Source: Selaginella moellendorffii (Eukaryota > Plantae > Lycopodiophyta). From it: a stretch of 64,000 nt of DNA. How positions within the stretch are numbered: position 1 is the first letter of the stretch; every line of letters begins with the position of its first letter. The notes under the pieces were generated by a model. It was given only the letters and a program-made list of their open reading frames with translations, searched no databases and had not been told where the DNA came from. Location of the stretch: positions 258,115 through 322,114 of the forward strand of contig NW_003314319.1 of NCBI RefSeq assembly GCF_000143415.4. The letters run 5' to 3'. Positions 1 through 11,539 of the stretch are shown here, in pieces. A program made the translations under genes and the position numbers.

Positions 1-516
1 CAGTCTCAACATCAAGTCAGTTTGGAAATACCAGTGGAGAGTTCCTTCAAGACTAGTTCTTGGACCTCACTATCCCTACTATACTTTTGGAACCCCCTGC
101 AGCCCCCCCCCCCCCCCTGGGAGAAACACGCTTTGGGCTTTCACCCCTTGAGCTGTATTAGTATGTGGACTTAGTCTCAAAATCGATCTTGGACTCAATC
201 TCGGACCCGACTTCAGACTCGATCTCGGACTCGATCTCGGACTCGATCTCGGACCCGATCTCGGACTCGACTTCGGACTCGACCTCGGACTCGGTCTCGG
301 ACCCGATTTGGATCTTGGACTCCGTCTCGAACTCGGTCTCGATCTCAGTCTCCGATTCGGCCTCGGCTCGATCCCGGACTCTATCTCAAACTCAGTCTCA
401 GAGTCGGTCTTGGACTCGATCTTCGACTCGGTCCCATCCGATGAACTCTTTGTCATTTCGGTCATGCTTTTGGGGATCCTTTAGCCTATGACATCTCGGG
501 GAGTCGGTTCCTTACA
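1..516 (-). repeat. 3' LTR (partial) with internal ~12-bp tandem repeats (TCGGACTCGATC-like)
   Basis: Ends ...TTCCTTACA at 516 like the copy ending at 6901; 12 bp shorter than the matching part of the 5' LTR. Confidence 0.95.
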
Positions 517-528
517 ACTCCACCACCC
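517..528 (-). other. Polypurine tract
   Basis: Minus-strand GGGTGGTGGAGT immediately before TGTAAGG, the start of the 3' LTR. Confidence 0.8.
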
Positions 529-1301
529 ATAGAAGAAGTTCGATGCCCACATCGAATGTCTCTTTTTATCCTACGACTTGTTGACCATGTCTCCGGGGGC
601 ATCCCCCCACTTAGCGGTGTGCCTAAGTTAGCCTCCCCGGCCAAGAGCCCATGACAACGGAATATAAGTGTCCCTATACCCCTCACCTCACCACGGCCTA
701 GTATGGGGTCGGGACTTGAACCCAGCCTTGCTTTACTAGGGGGTTGGGACTTGAACCCAACCTCCGTAGAATATGTCTACGGATTCGACATCCCCGTGGG
801 GAGTCGGGCGTAGTGCCCTATGCCTGGTCGACCTATCCAACCCATGCTAATTAGCTTACCTTCGGCACGCCTTCGGGTCCCAACATATGCCTCTTGCTCA
901 ACTTCACAAATTGATGTTTTTAATTGAACTTTGCATAAGTACATAGAGTTCTGCCTTGCAAAAATTCCTCCACTAGATCTCACGCGTTCGCTAGGTTCTC
1001 CTCCGGTTCCCATGTTGCTTCAAAATGTGGAAATCCTTTCCACTTCACATGGAACTCTCTCACCTCACGTCCTTGTCGCTTGCTCTTGTGCGCATTGAGG
1101 ATGGCCTTGACTTCGTATTCCTCTTCCCCTTGGATAACCTCAGGTAAAGGTCTCACTTGGTCCTTGCGAAGCGGATCCTCAAAGTATGGCTTGAGTAAGT
1201 TCACGTGGAACACTGGGTGCATCTTACCCATCTCTCGAGGAAGTCGGAGTTGGTAAGCCACTTTACCGATTCGTGCCTCAATCTCGTAAGGCCCCGCGAA
1301 C

Positions 1302-1353
1302 CTGCTTATGGAACTCAAGATCAATTCATTTACAGGAATACATGCATTTTTAC
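1302..1353 (-). other. 52-nt GT-AG intron-like insert in integrase
   Basis: Minus strand CAAAG|GTAAAAATG...CATAAGCAG|GTTCGCG; removal gives LTQRFAGPY and joins ORF 1350-1589 to ORF 980-1324 in frame. Confidence 0.7.
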
Positions 1354-1771
1354 CTTTGGGTCAACTTCCGGTTGATCCCACTTGGTAGCCTAAGGTTCTT
1401 GGTGTTCAACCACACCTTCTCCCCAGCTTGGAACTCTACATCCCAACACTTCTGGTTCGCGTATTTGGTTTGCCTTTGTTGAGCCCGTTCCAAAGAATCC
1501 CTCACTAGATTCCAAATGCTGAGTCTTTCCGCCGTGAATGCCTCCACTACGGGTAACTCTCCATGATACTCGGCCACGCCGAGTTCCACAGGACCTTCAA
1601 TAGCTTGCCCATTGATGACTTCCTATGGACTCACCCCGATACTCGAATGTGGTGAGTTGTTATAACACATTTCCGCAAGTCCCAAATGACTTACCCAATC
1701 GGTCTGGTCTCCCGAGACATAGAATCGCAAATAATCCTCCAGCTGCCTATTCACCCTTTCCGTTTGTCCGT

Positions 1772-1817
1772 CTGTCAAGAAATGTTAGTGCCAACAACTT
1801 GACTTAATACCCCATAA
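1772..1817 (-). other. 46-nt intron-like insert in integrase core, donor degenerate (TTATGG)
   Basis: Ends CACTAACATTTCTTGACAG (branch point, pyrimidines, CAG); removal restores HPQIDGQTERVN in frame. Confidence 0.6.
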
Positions 1818-4800
1818 CTATCTGTGGGTGATAGGCTGTGCTGAATTTCAACTTGGTGCGATACTATTCCAGGAGAGTCCTCTAGAACCTACTGGTGAAG
1901 ATCTTATCTCAATCTGAGATGATCTCTTCCGGTCTTCCCCGCACTCAAACCACTTGTTCGAAGAATAGCTTCGCCACACCTTCCGCATCCACCTCCGTTG
2001 TGGTGGGTATGAAATGTGCCATTTTCGAAAATCGGTCCACCACCACGAATATCGCATCAAACCCCTCCCTTGGGGGGAGTCCCGTGATGAAGTCCATCGT
2101 AAGACATTTCCACGGGCAATCTGGAATTGGGATGCTTTGCAACAAGCCCCCACTAGCCTTAGTCACGACTTTGACCTGCTGACATGTTGGACATGTCTTT
2201 ACATAGTCTTGGACGTCCTTAGCCATATCTGGCCAATGGTACTTCCTCTTGAGTAAGCCCGTTGTCTTGGGCACTCCGCCGTGTCCCGCAAGAGGTCCGT
2301 CATGACACTCTTCTAAGGCTACCTTCCTTTGTTCCCCTTCTGGAACGTACACCCTTGTTTGTTTGTAATAGATGAGTCTGTTGCGTTCCGCATAGCCTGT
2401 TTTCTCTTCCATTGGCAGCTCACCTCTCTGGTGAGCTTCCCGTGCGTCTAGATTCCTCAGCAACACTTCTTGTGCTAGACCATCGTTCTCATATGCTGTC
2501 CGCACATCATCCCAAAAGGTTGCTGTTGCGCTGGATATTGCCAACCTCAAGCTCGCTTTTCGACTTAGCGCATCCGCCACAATGTTGCTCTTCCCAGGCT
2601 TGTACAGAATTTCGCAATCAAAATCGGCCAAGGCATTGGCCCACCGACCTTGTTTCCCTCTCAGGTCGGGCTGTGACAAGAAGTGTTTCGTTGCCACATT
2701 GTCCGTATAAACCTTGAAGTGTCTCCCAAGGTAGTGTCGCCACTCCTTGAGCGCCTTGACCACCGCAAACAATTCTTTCTCGTGGGCAGGCCACTTCCTT
2801 TAAGCCTTGTCTAACTTCTTCGAGAAGAATGCTACTGGATGGTTGTCTTGCTTCAAAACTGCGCCCAACGCAAAGTCCGAAGCATCCGTTTCTACCTCAA
2901 AGTCCTTACCAAAGTTTGGTAATGCCAATACGGGAGCCTTCCTCAACTTCCCTTTGAGGTGGACGAATGCCGCCTCGCATTCCACTGTCCATACCATCTT
3001 CCCTTTTCCTGTTTGATCCGTTAAGGGCAGGGCTACTCTCGAATAGTGTCTGATAAACTTTCAATAGTAGTTGCATAGCCCCAGGAATGCCCTCAACTCG
3101 TGTACATTCGATGGTCGCTCCCATTCCTAGATCACTTGGACCTTCTTCGGGTCCACCTTGAGCCCGTCCTGGCCCACCACATGCCCGAGAAACTTTACCT
3201 CTTGTTGAGCAAAGTCACATTTGCTCTCTTTAGCATATAGTTTGTGTTCCCTTAGTTTCTCAAACACCTTCGCCAAGTGTTCGGCATGCTCCTCTAGCGT
3301 CTCGCTATAGATCAGGATGTAGTTGATATAGACGACCACGAAGTGATCCAGATAGGGTACAAAGATGTGGTTCATTAGCGCCGAAAACGTTGCCGGCGCA
3401 TCGCATAGCCCGAAGGGCATCACCAGAAACTCGAAGCTCCCATACCTCGTTCGACAGGTTGTCTTCTCGACATCTTCCTCGGCTACCCTGATCTGGTAGT
3501 ATCCTGACCTTAGGTCAATCCTCGAGAACTATTTTGCCTTGCCCAACCTATCGAACAGGTCCTCAATCTTGGGTAAAGGGTACTTGTTCTTCTTTGTATA
3601 TTTGTTTAGCAACCGATAGTCTATGCACATGCGCATAGATCCATCTTTCTTTTTCACAAATAACACCGGCGCCCCATACAACGACTTACTCAACCTAACA
3701 TACCCTTTGTCCACCAACTCCTCTAGTTGGCACTTGAGCTCCTCGAGTTCTTTCTCGTTCAAACGATAGGGGGGACGAACCACCGCCTCAGCACCCTCGA
3801 CCAGCTCAATCTTATGTTCTATCAGTCGTGTGGGGGGCAACCCCACTGGTAACTCCTCTAGCATGGTATCCTGGAATTGGTCCAACACCCGTTGGATCAC
3901 TAAAGGTACTTTTTCCGTTCCTATCTTTTTGTCACTCTTCACTGAGAGTAAGCACAAAAATGCTGCCTTAATTCCTTTAGTGAGTTGTCCTCTCGTGGAC
4001 ACCAGGTTTAAGCAAGATTCTTTGGCCTTGCTTTGCCCTACCTTTAGATCCTGGGCCTCCACCCTGGACCTTCTTCCTTGGGCATTCGCTAGTACCACAA
4101 GGTTTCTACCTTGTCCATGCAGGGCTACTACGAACCGATTGAACCAGTCCATTCCGAAGATCACGTCAAATCCCGCCATATCTAACATGGTGAAATCCAT
4201 GTCAACTTTCCATGTCTCTACTTCAACTCTCGCTTGTCGAAGTACCTCATCAGTGCTTTGGCTACCTTGAACAAACTCTATAGTCCTTGGTTCGCCTAAC
4301 CGCTGCACCGTTAGTCCGGCTTGCCGGACTATGTCTGCAGCCACAAAATTATCTGAAGCACCCATGTCAATAAGGATTTTAACAAAGCTACCTCCGAGCT
4401 TCCCCCGAAGGGCTAGTAGATGTCGCGAACGACTCTCTACCAAAGTTGCTCGTGTAATGAGTAACTTTGAGTTAGGGACTGAATCACATACCTCAGTTTG
4501 AACTTCACCCGACTTGATGGCCATATTGGCTCTGGCCTTCTTCAGGTAGGGACATTCCCTCGAAAAGTGTCCTACTTCACCGCAGTTGTAGCATACATTG
4601 TTTCCCACGCTGCTATACGACTTGACCTTCTTATCCGTGGGTTTGTCTCTTTTCGCTTGACTCCCCCACGTACTCACTCGCTGGCCACCGGATTTGCCTT
4701 TCCAAAACCCCGAGGACTCATTCTTAGAGAAACTCTTCTTGAATTTCCCTCTGCTAAACATTCCCCTTGGTTTGGCCCCTTTGCTAAACGTGGATCCTGA

Positions 4801-5735
4801 CCCCGTCATGTTCCCCTTTCGCAGGTTATCGTTGAAATGTACCTTGATGGCCGCATCCAACGCTTCCATGTAGTTGGTCGGGTTCCACCGCATCACTTCA
4901 CCGCGAGCCCAGGTTTGCAAACCTGATATGAAGGCATGGAACGCATCCATATCCCCCCTGTCTGTGACAAGTATCATCTTTGCCATAAACCCATTCACAT
5001 ACTCTTGAATGGTTCCGGTCTGCTTCAGCCTACTCAGCTCATCCCTTAGATGCAGAGTAGCATTCGGAGGAACGTAAGTTGCGCGGATCCTCGCCTTCAT
5101 CATTTCCCAAGTGGCCACCAGTCCTTCGTTGGCCTCTGTCGTTCTCCACCAAGACTTGGCATTATCTGCCAAGTATGGTTTTGCACATGGGACCTTCTCC
5201 GAGCTCAGTAATCGCAACACTCGGAAGTAGTCCTCCATATCATAAAACTAATCCTCCACCACCTTATTGTTGTTCACTCCCTTGAAGACCGGTGGGGGCT
5301 TTGGTTTGTACTTGGGAACTGCCTGAGGGACTGATTGCACTTCGGTCTGTTCGACTTTGTCTGGTTTTACCTCAGTCCCTGCCGAAGGGTCCGCACCTTC
5401 TGCGCTGCTAGCATCCGCAGTCTTTCGCTTTTTCTTCCGCTTCTCATCACGCTTTAGCTTGCGTACGAGAGTCTCCAGCAGGGCATTGGTCTGTGCCAAT
5501 TGTCCTTCTAGAACGTCCAATCGAGCCTTGGACGACCGAACCTCGCCACCGGACTTCTGTTTAGAAGTTTCCTCACTAGAGTCCTCCTCATGCAAGGATT
5601 CCTCATCCATAGCCTCTTGTTCGACCGGAGACTCTAGCTCTAGCGGAGGTTCTGTCTCCGCCTGGGTTTGCTTACGCCCCGCCCTTGCCATCTCTCAGCA
5701 ATCTGCCTCTATCCTTCATTAGAACTGAGGAAAAG

Positions 5736-5747
5736 GCTCCGATACCA
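5736..5747 (-). other. Primer binding site, tRNA-iMet type
   Basis: Minus TGGTATCGGAGC, 3 nt inside the LTR end at 5751 (canonical TGGTATCAGAGC). Confidence 0.9.
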
Positions 5748-5750
5748 AAT

Positions 5751-6901
5751 TGTATGCCACAAATTTTTCCTTTCCAATTTGCCAGCTTACCTCGTCTATC
5801 TGACCAACTTTGCCTTGGCTTCTGCTAGGTTCCCTCGCCAAGATCCTCGCCTATGGTACCAGCTCCTACTTGGTTTTAGCTACTCACTGCACGAGCAATG
5901 GAGTGTTAGCCATCCATCTACGGATTCCCAAATCTCTCCCAATCCCCCTCCCCGGGTTAGACTGGACTTAAGGTTCGGCTACACTCCCCGCAGGCACAAG
6001 CATCCAAGCACACCTAGCCTCCAGATTCCTAACACCCCTTGGTACCACAAGACTTGATCATGGGACCCTCTAAATCCCAAGCCTTGGGTGCAACACTTGC
6101 TTCGAAATGTCGGGGCAAAACACCGTGGCCTAACGGCCCGGTATGGGTACCTCTACCCCCCCACTTCCATCCCGAAGGGAAGGCCCAAGCCCCTAGGAAG
6201 GGTGAGGACCAATGAGCCACAAGGTACTCAAGTGGGGCACCACTCCACATGAGCCGGGAGCACCGTAGTCGGTTTCCCTTTCGGGAGTGGGAGGTACTCT
6301 TGAGCACTTCCCTAGGTGGCCCCTCCGGCACCACCCAAGCCCATGCTCACTCGCACCCAAGGCCCCTCGGCCCCAGTCTCAACCTCAAGTCAATTTGGAA
6401 ACACCAGTGAAGAGTTCCTTCAAGACTGATTCCTGGACCTCACTATCCCTACTATACTTTTGGAACCCCCTGCAGCCCCCCCCCCCCCCCTGGGAGACAC
6501 ACGCTTTGGGCTTTCACCCCTTGAGCTGTATTAGTATGTGGACTTAGTCTCAGAATCGATCTCGGACTCAATCTCGGACCCGACTTCGGACTCGGTTTCG
6601 GACTTGATCTCGGACTCGATCTCGGACCCGATCTCGGACTTGAATTTGGACTCGACCTCGGACTCGGTCTCGGACCCGATTTGGATCTCGGACTCCGTCT
6701 TGAACTCGGTCTCGAACTCGGTCTCGATCTTGGTCTCTGATTCGGCCTCGGCTCGATCCCGGACTCTATCTCGAACTCGGTCTTAGAATTGGTCTTGGAC
6801 TCGATCTTAGACTCGGTCCCATCCGATGAACTCTTTGTCATTTCGGTCATGCTTTCGGGGATCCTTTAGCCTACGACATCTCGGGGAGTCAGTTCCTTAC
6901 A
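5751..6901 (-). repeat. 5' LTR, 1151 bp, TG...CA
   Basis: Bounded by the PBS and by the end of homology with 1-516; contains a poly-C tract and the 12-bp repeat array. Confidence 0.93.
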
Positions 6902-8353
6902 GTAGATCGAAGTCATTGGAATCTGCTGAGGATGAAGAGGACTCAGCCCGAGAAGGTGCTGTGTCATACCTAAACTGCCCTTGGATGTTATAAAGTTTAC
7001 TCCATACCTTAGGGCCTTAAGATATGGTAAAAGGGTGCCAATTTGTTGCACGTCTAGTTTGTACTGGCATCAAATACCCTGAACACTGCAAATGCCTGGT
7101 CAAGGCAAACTGGGTTGACAGGAGCAAGGAGACTGTAGGCTAGTGCTCAAGTTGCTCAAAGTTGCCCAAAATGCCTGTGACGAAGAGAAATAAGGGTGAA
7201 ACTGGAAGGAGATGTTGGCCTTGAGTACATATAACAGTTGGCCCATAGAGTAAGTGCTGACCTCTCGGAGTAGCCGGTAGCCAGTAACTAGTAACCAGTA
7301 ACCAATAACTAGGAACCTGTAACCTATAACTGGTAACCCCCTGCTCTCGCTCCTACGCATACTCCAACCTCTGCGCCAACTCCTGTTCCCTGAAGATTTC
7401 TTCGTTCTCAAGGAACTCCCAACAAAGTTTAGCCCAAAAGAGAAAAATGAGTCCTTTGGTCTTGATCTTTCCCCATTTGACTGTTAGTGGGCTCATTGGA
7501 AAGGGCTCAACCCCATCTCCCCTCTATCATAAGAATTTGTGAAGAAGTTACCTCAATATTCTCCAAAATCCAAAAAGAGGTAGCCAACAACACCAATATT
7601 GTGGAAAAACATGTGCATGTCACTAATGTAGATCGATACTAAGGCGCCATTAGTACTTTCGGAAAGCCTAGGACTAGGAGCACCTCTAAAGACAAGTGGC
7701 ATCCAAAACAAAGCCTGGAGAGGCACATCTTCCTGCTACAAAGATGATCTAATCTAGCTGGAGAAGAAAATCCTTTTGCATACCGTCAATTCACCCAAAT
7801 CTAGCGCCAAGAATCACCACTACTTGTAGATCTAGGCCAGATCTACAAGCCCAAATGCATTACTTTAAGAAATTGGGTTAAGGATCTAAGCGAGAAAGTG
7901 AAAACCATAAAATATTCATTCAACTAAGCCAAGAAATGTTGTATCTCTTCAAATACTGCACGGCTTGATGAATGCCATACCTTGCTGGAAAGAGGAGCTC
8001 CAGATCTATCCAACGCGCCTAAGATCAAACAAAACCACCACCAGAAAAACAAGAATTCCTTCCCAAAGTCTGTAGTCAAAAGAAAAAGAGAGAAATAACA
8101 CCTTAGAAAGTGCTACATGTCATGTCGAGTTCACCATTTGTTAGGGGAAAGAGGGGCACCTCCCCAACACTCGCTCAAACACAAGAAATGCTTCAATGCT
8201 CTTCACAAAAATGCCGCCCCCCCCCCCCCCCCCCTCCCCCCCTTCCGCGGCCCTCCGTGGGTCAAGGGTTTTATACAAGGAAGATAGGGAATATTCTAAG
8301 GACTAAAATATTCCCTCTCCCTCTCACACTTTCTCAGTGGCCATGCCTTAACA
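6902..8353 (-). mobile_element. Remnant of a second LTR element (LTR 8139-8353, tRNA-Trp-type PBS 8121-8136), apparently interrupted by the chromovirus
   Basis: TGTTA...TAACA termini; CATGTCGAGTTCACCA matches the plant tRNA-Trp 3' end as recalled (CACGTCGGGTTCACCA) with two transitions; internal region decayed. Confidence 0.65.
7270..7339. repeat. 7-bp tandem repeat (GTAACCA consensus, 10 units)
   Basis: gtagccg gtagcca gtaacta gtaacca gtaacca ataacta ggaacct gtaacct ataactg gtaaccc. Confidence 0.85.
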
Positions 8354-10206
8354 ATTGGCAATCATAAGTTGTTGTGCTTGTAGACTTCTCTAATAGCCAC
8401 CCCTCTTTGATCCCTTCCAATGATATGTTGACATAAGTGTCGAAAGACATGAATATGCCATCTGAATTGTCACCAATATACAGTGTTAAGAACTTCTCAC
8501 CTTTACCTATAGTTTGCATGATGTAAAGAGCCTTTCTCATCATATTCTTAAATACTTCTGGCAATTCTTTCTCTTTGTTCATTAAGCAGACATTGAGGAA
8601 CTCTAAGGTCTCTTGTTGCTTGTATAGAAACCTCGATTTTGCGATATTGTATATCATGTCATCTAGAGTTTTGTTCACTACAAAAATAATATATGCATAA
8701 TTGAGAAAAATGAAGTGTGATAAGAAACTTATATTCATGAAAAGAAACTTCAGCTATAGACTTTAGCTACTCCTTTGGCCTACAATTGTCTGCAATGCAT
8801 ATTAATTTCTTCAACTTTAAAGACTTTGCATGTTAAATTTTGTTCTGAATTTGTACAAGCTCAGCCAAGAGCTCTTCCCGACTCTTCTCTAGATGCACAA
8901 GTTCATAAGCATTTTGCTTGACCTTCACCAAAGACTAAAAACTCAAAACAATAAAAAGAAGTTCTTATAAAGTGAAAGGGAAAGATATACCTTACACCAC
9001 ACAATGAGCATAAAATTGATTAAGTTGTTGAATCATATTGTATTGTCATTTTGAGTGTGTGAATGTTAAATAAGTGTTGCAAGATCATCACCATAATGTT
9101 AGTGAATGTTATCCTCACTCAAGTCTGTCAAAAATTGAAGTTACTTGATGTCATGGACAAGATTTTGCTTTTGAATAGTGAACTACTCAAGCCTGCATTT
9201 AAATATGAGAAAACAAGTTAAAATGGAGTTGAAGGTGAAATTATAAAACTTACGCATTAATCTTTTGGCAAGCCAAAATAAGTCTATTGACATCTAGAGG
9301 TCCCCTCCCATAGACATAGCAGACTAGAATGTTGATATGGTAGATGGGATCATCGTGAAAATGAACGACAATACATTTCATCCAAGCCTTATATCGGTGG
9401 TTATTGTCAATACTTTGGAACATTATCCCCACAAGCTGTCAAATCTTAAAATGTCTGATAAGTATATTATCAAATTCCAGGGACTTCCTCCTCCAAATAA
9501 GATCCTAGCTATTCACAATCTTGGGTATGACGGTACTGATCTTCATTGTTCTTGGCTTGCAAAAAGATACTAAAAACATACCAATATTCATCGCAAGGCC
9601 ATTCTATTTGAACAAGCTATATATGTCCAAGTTGATATACCTAGATGTTGTGTGCATAAGATTCATTTGCTGCAAACAACAAGAGGGGATTTTTTTTATC
9701 AAGTCACAAGGGCCTAGCCACTTGAGTGCCTTAAGTGTTTGGTGAACTACTTTTTCTCTCGTCTGCATAACAGTCTCTTAAAAGTGCTTGTCCACCACAT
9801 TGTCAAAAAGGTCTACAACTCTTTCAACTCTAGGTTGTTCCTCAAGTTCCCTATCGTGAACACTGCTAGATTGCCCAACTTTAGAGATTTGTGCTGGTGG
9901 TGGGCCAGTGAGGAGAAAAGGTGGAGGTGGTAGTGGTGACGGTGGGGGTGGAGGCAATGGTGATAGTAGCAGTAGTGATGGCGGTGGTGGAGGTGGCGAT
10001 GGTGGTGAAGGTGGCAATGGCGGTAGTGGAGGTGGCGATGGCGGAGGTGATGGTGGTGAAAGCAATAGATCTCTAAGCAATTGCATTTCTATTAATGTGC
10101 TAATGGACATATCAATTGTAATATCTTCATCAGTGTTGAATTCAATTTTTTGTATTTTCTTAGCTCCAATAGCCTTTTTAAGTGGTACTATTTTCCTTTT
10201 TTGCAA
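8354..10206 (-). pseudogene. Decayed multi-exon gene, probably transposon-borne, with Pro-rich N-terminus and ParB/Srx-like motif
   Basis: ORF pieces 9778-10206, 9250-9432 (FQSIDNNHRYKAW, resembling the ParB-N IDGxHR motif) and 8334-8738; stops and frameshifts; cut by the LTR at 8353. Confidence 0.45.
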
Positions 10207-10337
10207 TAGAAGAAATTTTGTTAGTTAAACTAAACAAAGATAATAAAACATTCAAACAATCAAAAAGAAAAAAAAAAAATCAAGTGGGCCCAAACTTCAC
10301 CTTTGGTACATTAGTTGCCCGAAGGGCCCAGATTATA

Positions 10338-10695
10338 TGAATAACCTTGGCCCCTCAGGCCCCCAAAGTGCCCAAGGTTAAACTCGGGCCAGCCATCTCA
10401 CGCACTTTGGTGGCCATTGTGGCCCCTCAGGCGGCTAAAGTACCCAAGATAGCCAGCCCGATCTTGATCTTAGGCACTTTGGTGGCCTAAGGGGCCAAGG
10501 TTATTCAAGTAACCTCAGTCTTCAAGTGACCACAATACCTAAAGTGGCCAACCCAAGCTCGACCTCAGGCACTTTTGGGGCCTGAGGGGCCAAGTTTATT
10601 CAAATAACCTTGACCTCCTAGGCTACCAAAGTACCTAAGGTGGCCGGCCTGAGCACGACCTCAGGCAATTTGGTGGCCTGAGGGGCAGAGGTTTA
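10338..10695. repeat. Array of alternating inverted ~40-bp units (foldback or subterminal-repeat-like)
   Basis: AATAACCTTGGCCCCTCAGGCCCCCAAAGTGCC and its reverse complement GGCACTTTTGGGGCCTGAGGGGCCAAGTTTATT alternate several times. Confidence 0.8.
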
Positions 10696-11539
10696 TGGTT
10701 TCACTCAACAATCTTTATGGTGTATAGGCACAGAGTATTCACATAAATGGCCTCTATCATCCAGCAGAGTTTGAACAAGAGAGACACAGTCATCTCCAAC
10801 TTATAGTAGCGACCTTCTTGAACACTACAGTTTCAACACATGTAACAGTGGAAGCAGAAGCATTTAGTGGCTAGTTGGGCCTTGTGCACAGGCATCTGGT
10901 CCGTTCTATGGTGTAGCTTGTTTCCCTACCTATTCCTCTTGACTTCTAGCAACTCCTTCCAATAGAGATTTTTGGTTTACCACATTTCTTGGTGCATCTT
11001 TGTTAAGCATTCTAGTTTTGGCATGATTTAGTTGGTGGTTTTGGAGAGTTCTTCATCACAAATTGTGGCCAACATTCTTTTTGACTAAACACTAGTACTT
11101 TCATGTCTTGAGGCATTCATCTTTTCACCCATTTTCCTCCATTATCACACTTTTTTGCACTTTCCACTATTGGGCAACACACTTCCATTCCATGGCAAAG
11201 CTTTAGGGAGATTTGGGATACTTCTTGGAGGTTTGAGAACCTTGAAGGCTATCATCTAAATTTGAATCTCTAACTTGGGATTTTATTTTCTTATTTTTCT
11301 TTTATTTCTTCTCTTTAGTTTGACTATAGAGTTTCCCACTGGGTTTTTCCCTCTGTCTTCAAACTTCACAACTCTATCCTTTCTTTTTATTGTTTCACTC
11401 TCTTTCCGCAGTTACCTCACTTGGGTATATGCTTTCTCTTTGGCCTCCAATGTTTATAGTTGCAAGTCATGGGTTCTCTTCATGCCAAGGGGCTGCTCAA
11501 TCCACTTGTGGTCGCCTATTGCAGAGCATCTTGGAGCAT

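Larger units (their letters stand above)
980..5691 (-). pseudogene. gag-pol polyprotein with C-terminal chromodomain, disrupted
   Basis: [14 protein letters not shown] knuckle, LIDMGA protease, MPFGL RT with YIDD decayed to YINY, ETDAS RNase H, H-H-C-C integrase zinc finger, EYEVKAIL...VKWKG...TWEP chromodomain. ORFs starting at 5691, 5238, 3423, 2997 and 2772 share one frame broken by point stops. Confidence 0.95.
1..6901 (-). mobile_element. Ty3/Gypsy chromovirus LTR retrotransposon, near full length, inactivated; 3' LTR runs off the left edge
   Basis: Paired LTRs (1-516 matches 6374-6901), tRNA-iMet PBS, PPT, and domain order gag-CCHC-protease-RT-RNaseH-integrase-chromodomain on the minus strand. 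Confidence 0.97.

Noticed and set aside
79-491. Ser/Pro/Arg- and Ser/Asp-rich ORFs (also 6452-6850, 46413-47768, 48797-49042)
   Set aside because: Translations of 6- and 12-bp LTR tandem repeats, open in several frames on both strands
5239-5250. Programmed stop read-through between two gag ORFs
   Set aside because: The stop lies inside gag and fits TGG>TAG decay in a copy with many other stops
980-5691. RIP-like or enzyme-driven hypermutation (most stops look like C>T or G>A changes)
   Set aside because: Spontaneous deamination of methylated cytosine in plant transposons explains it; context bias cannot be measured by eye, so no link to the deaminase-like ORF is claimed
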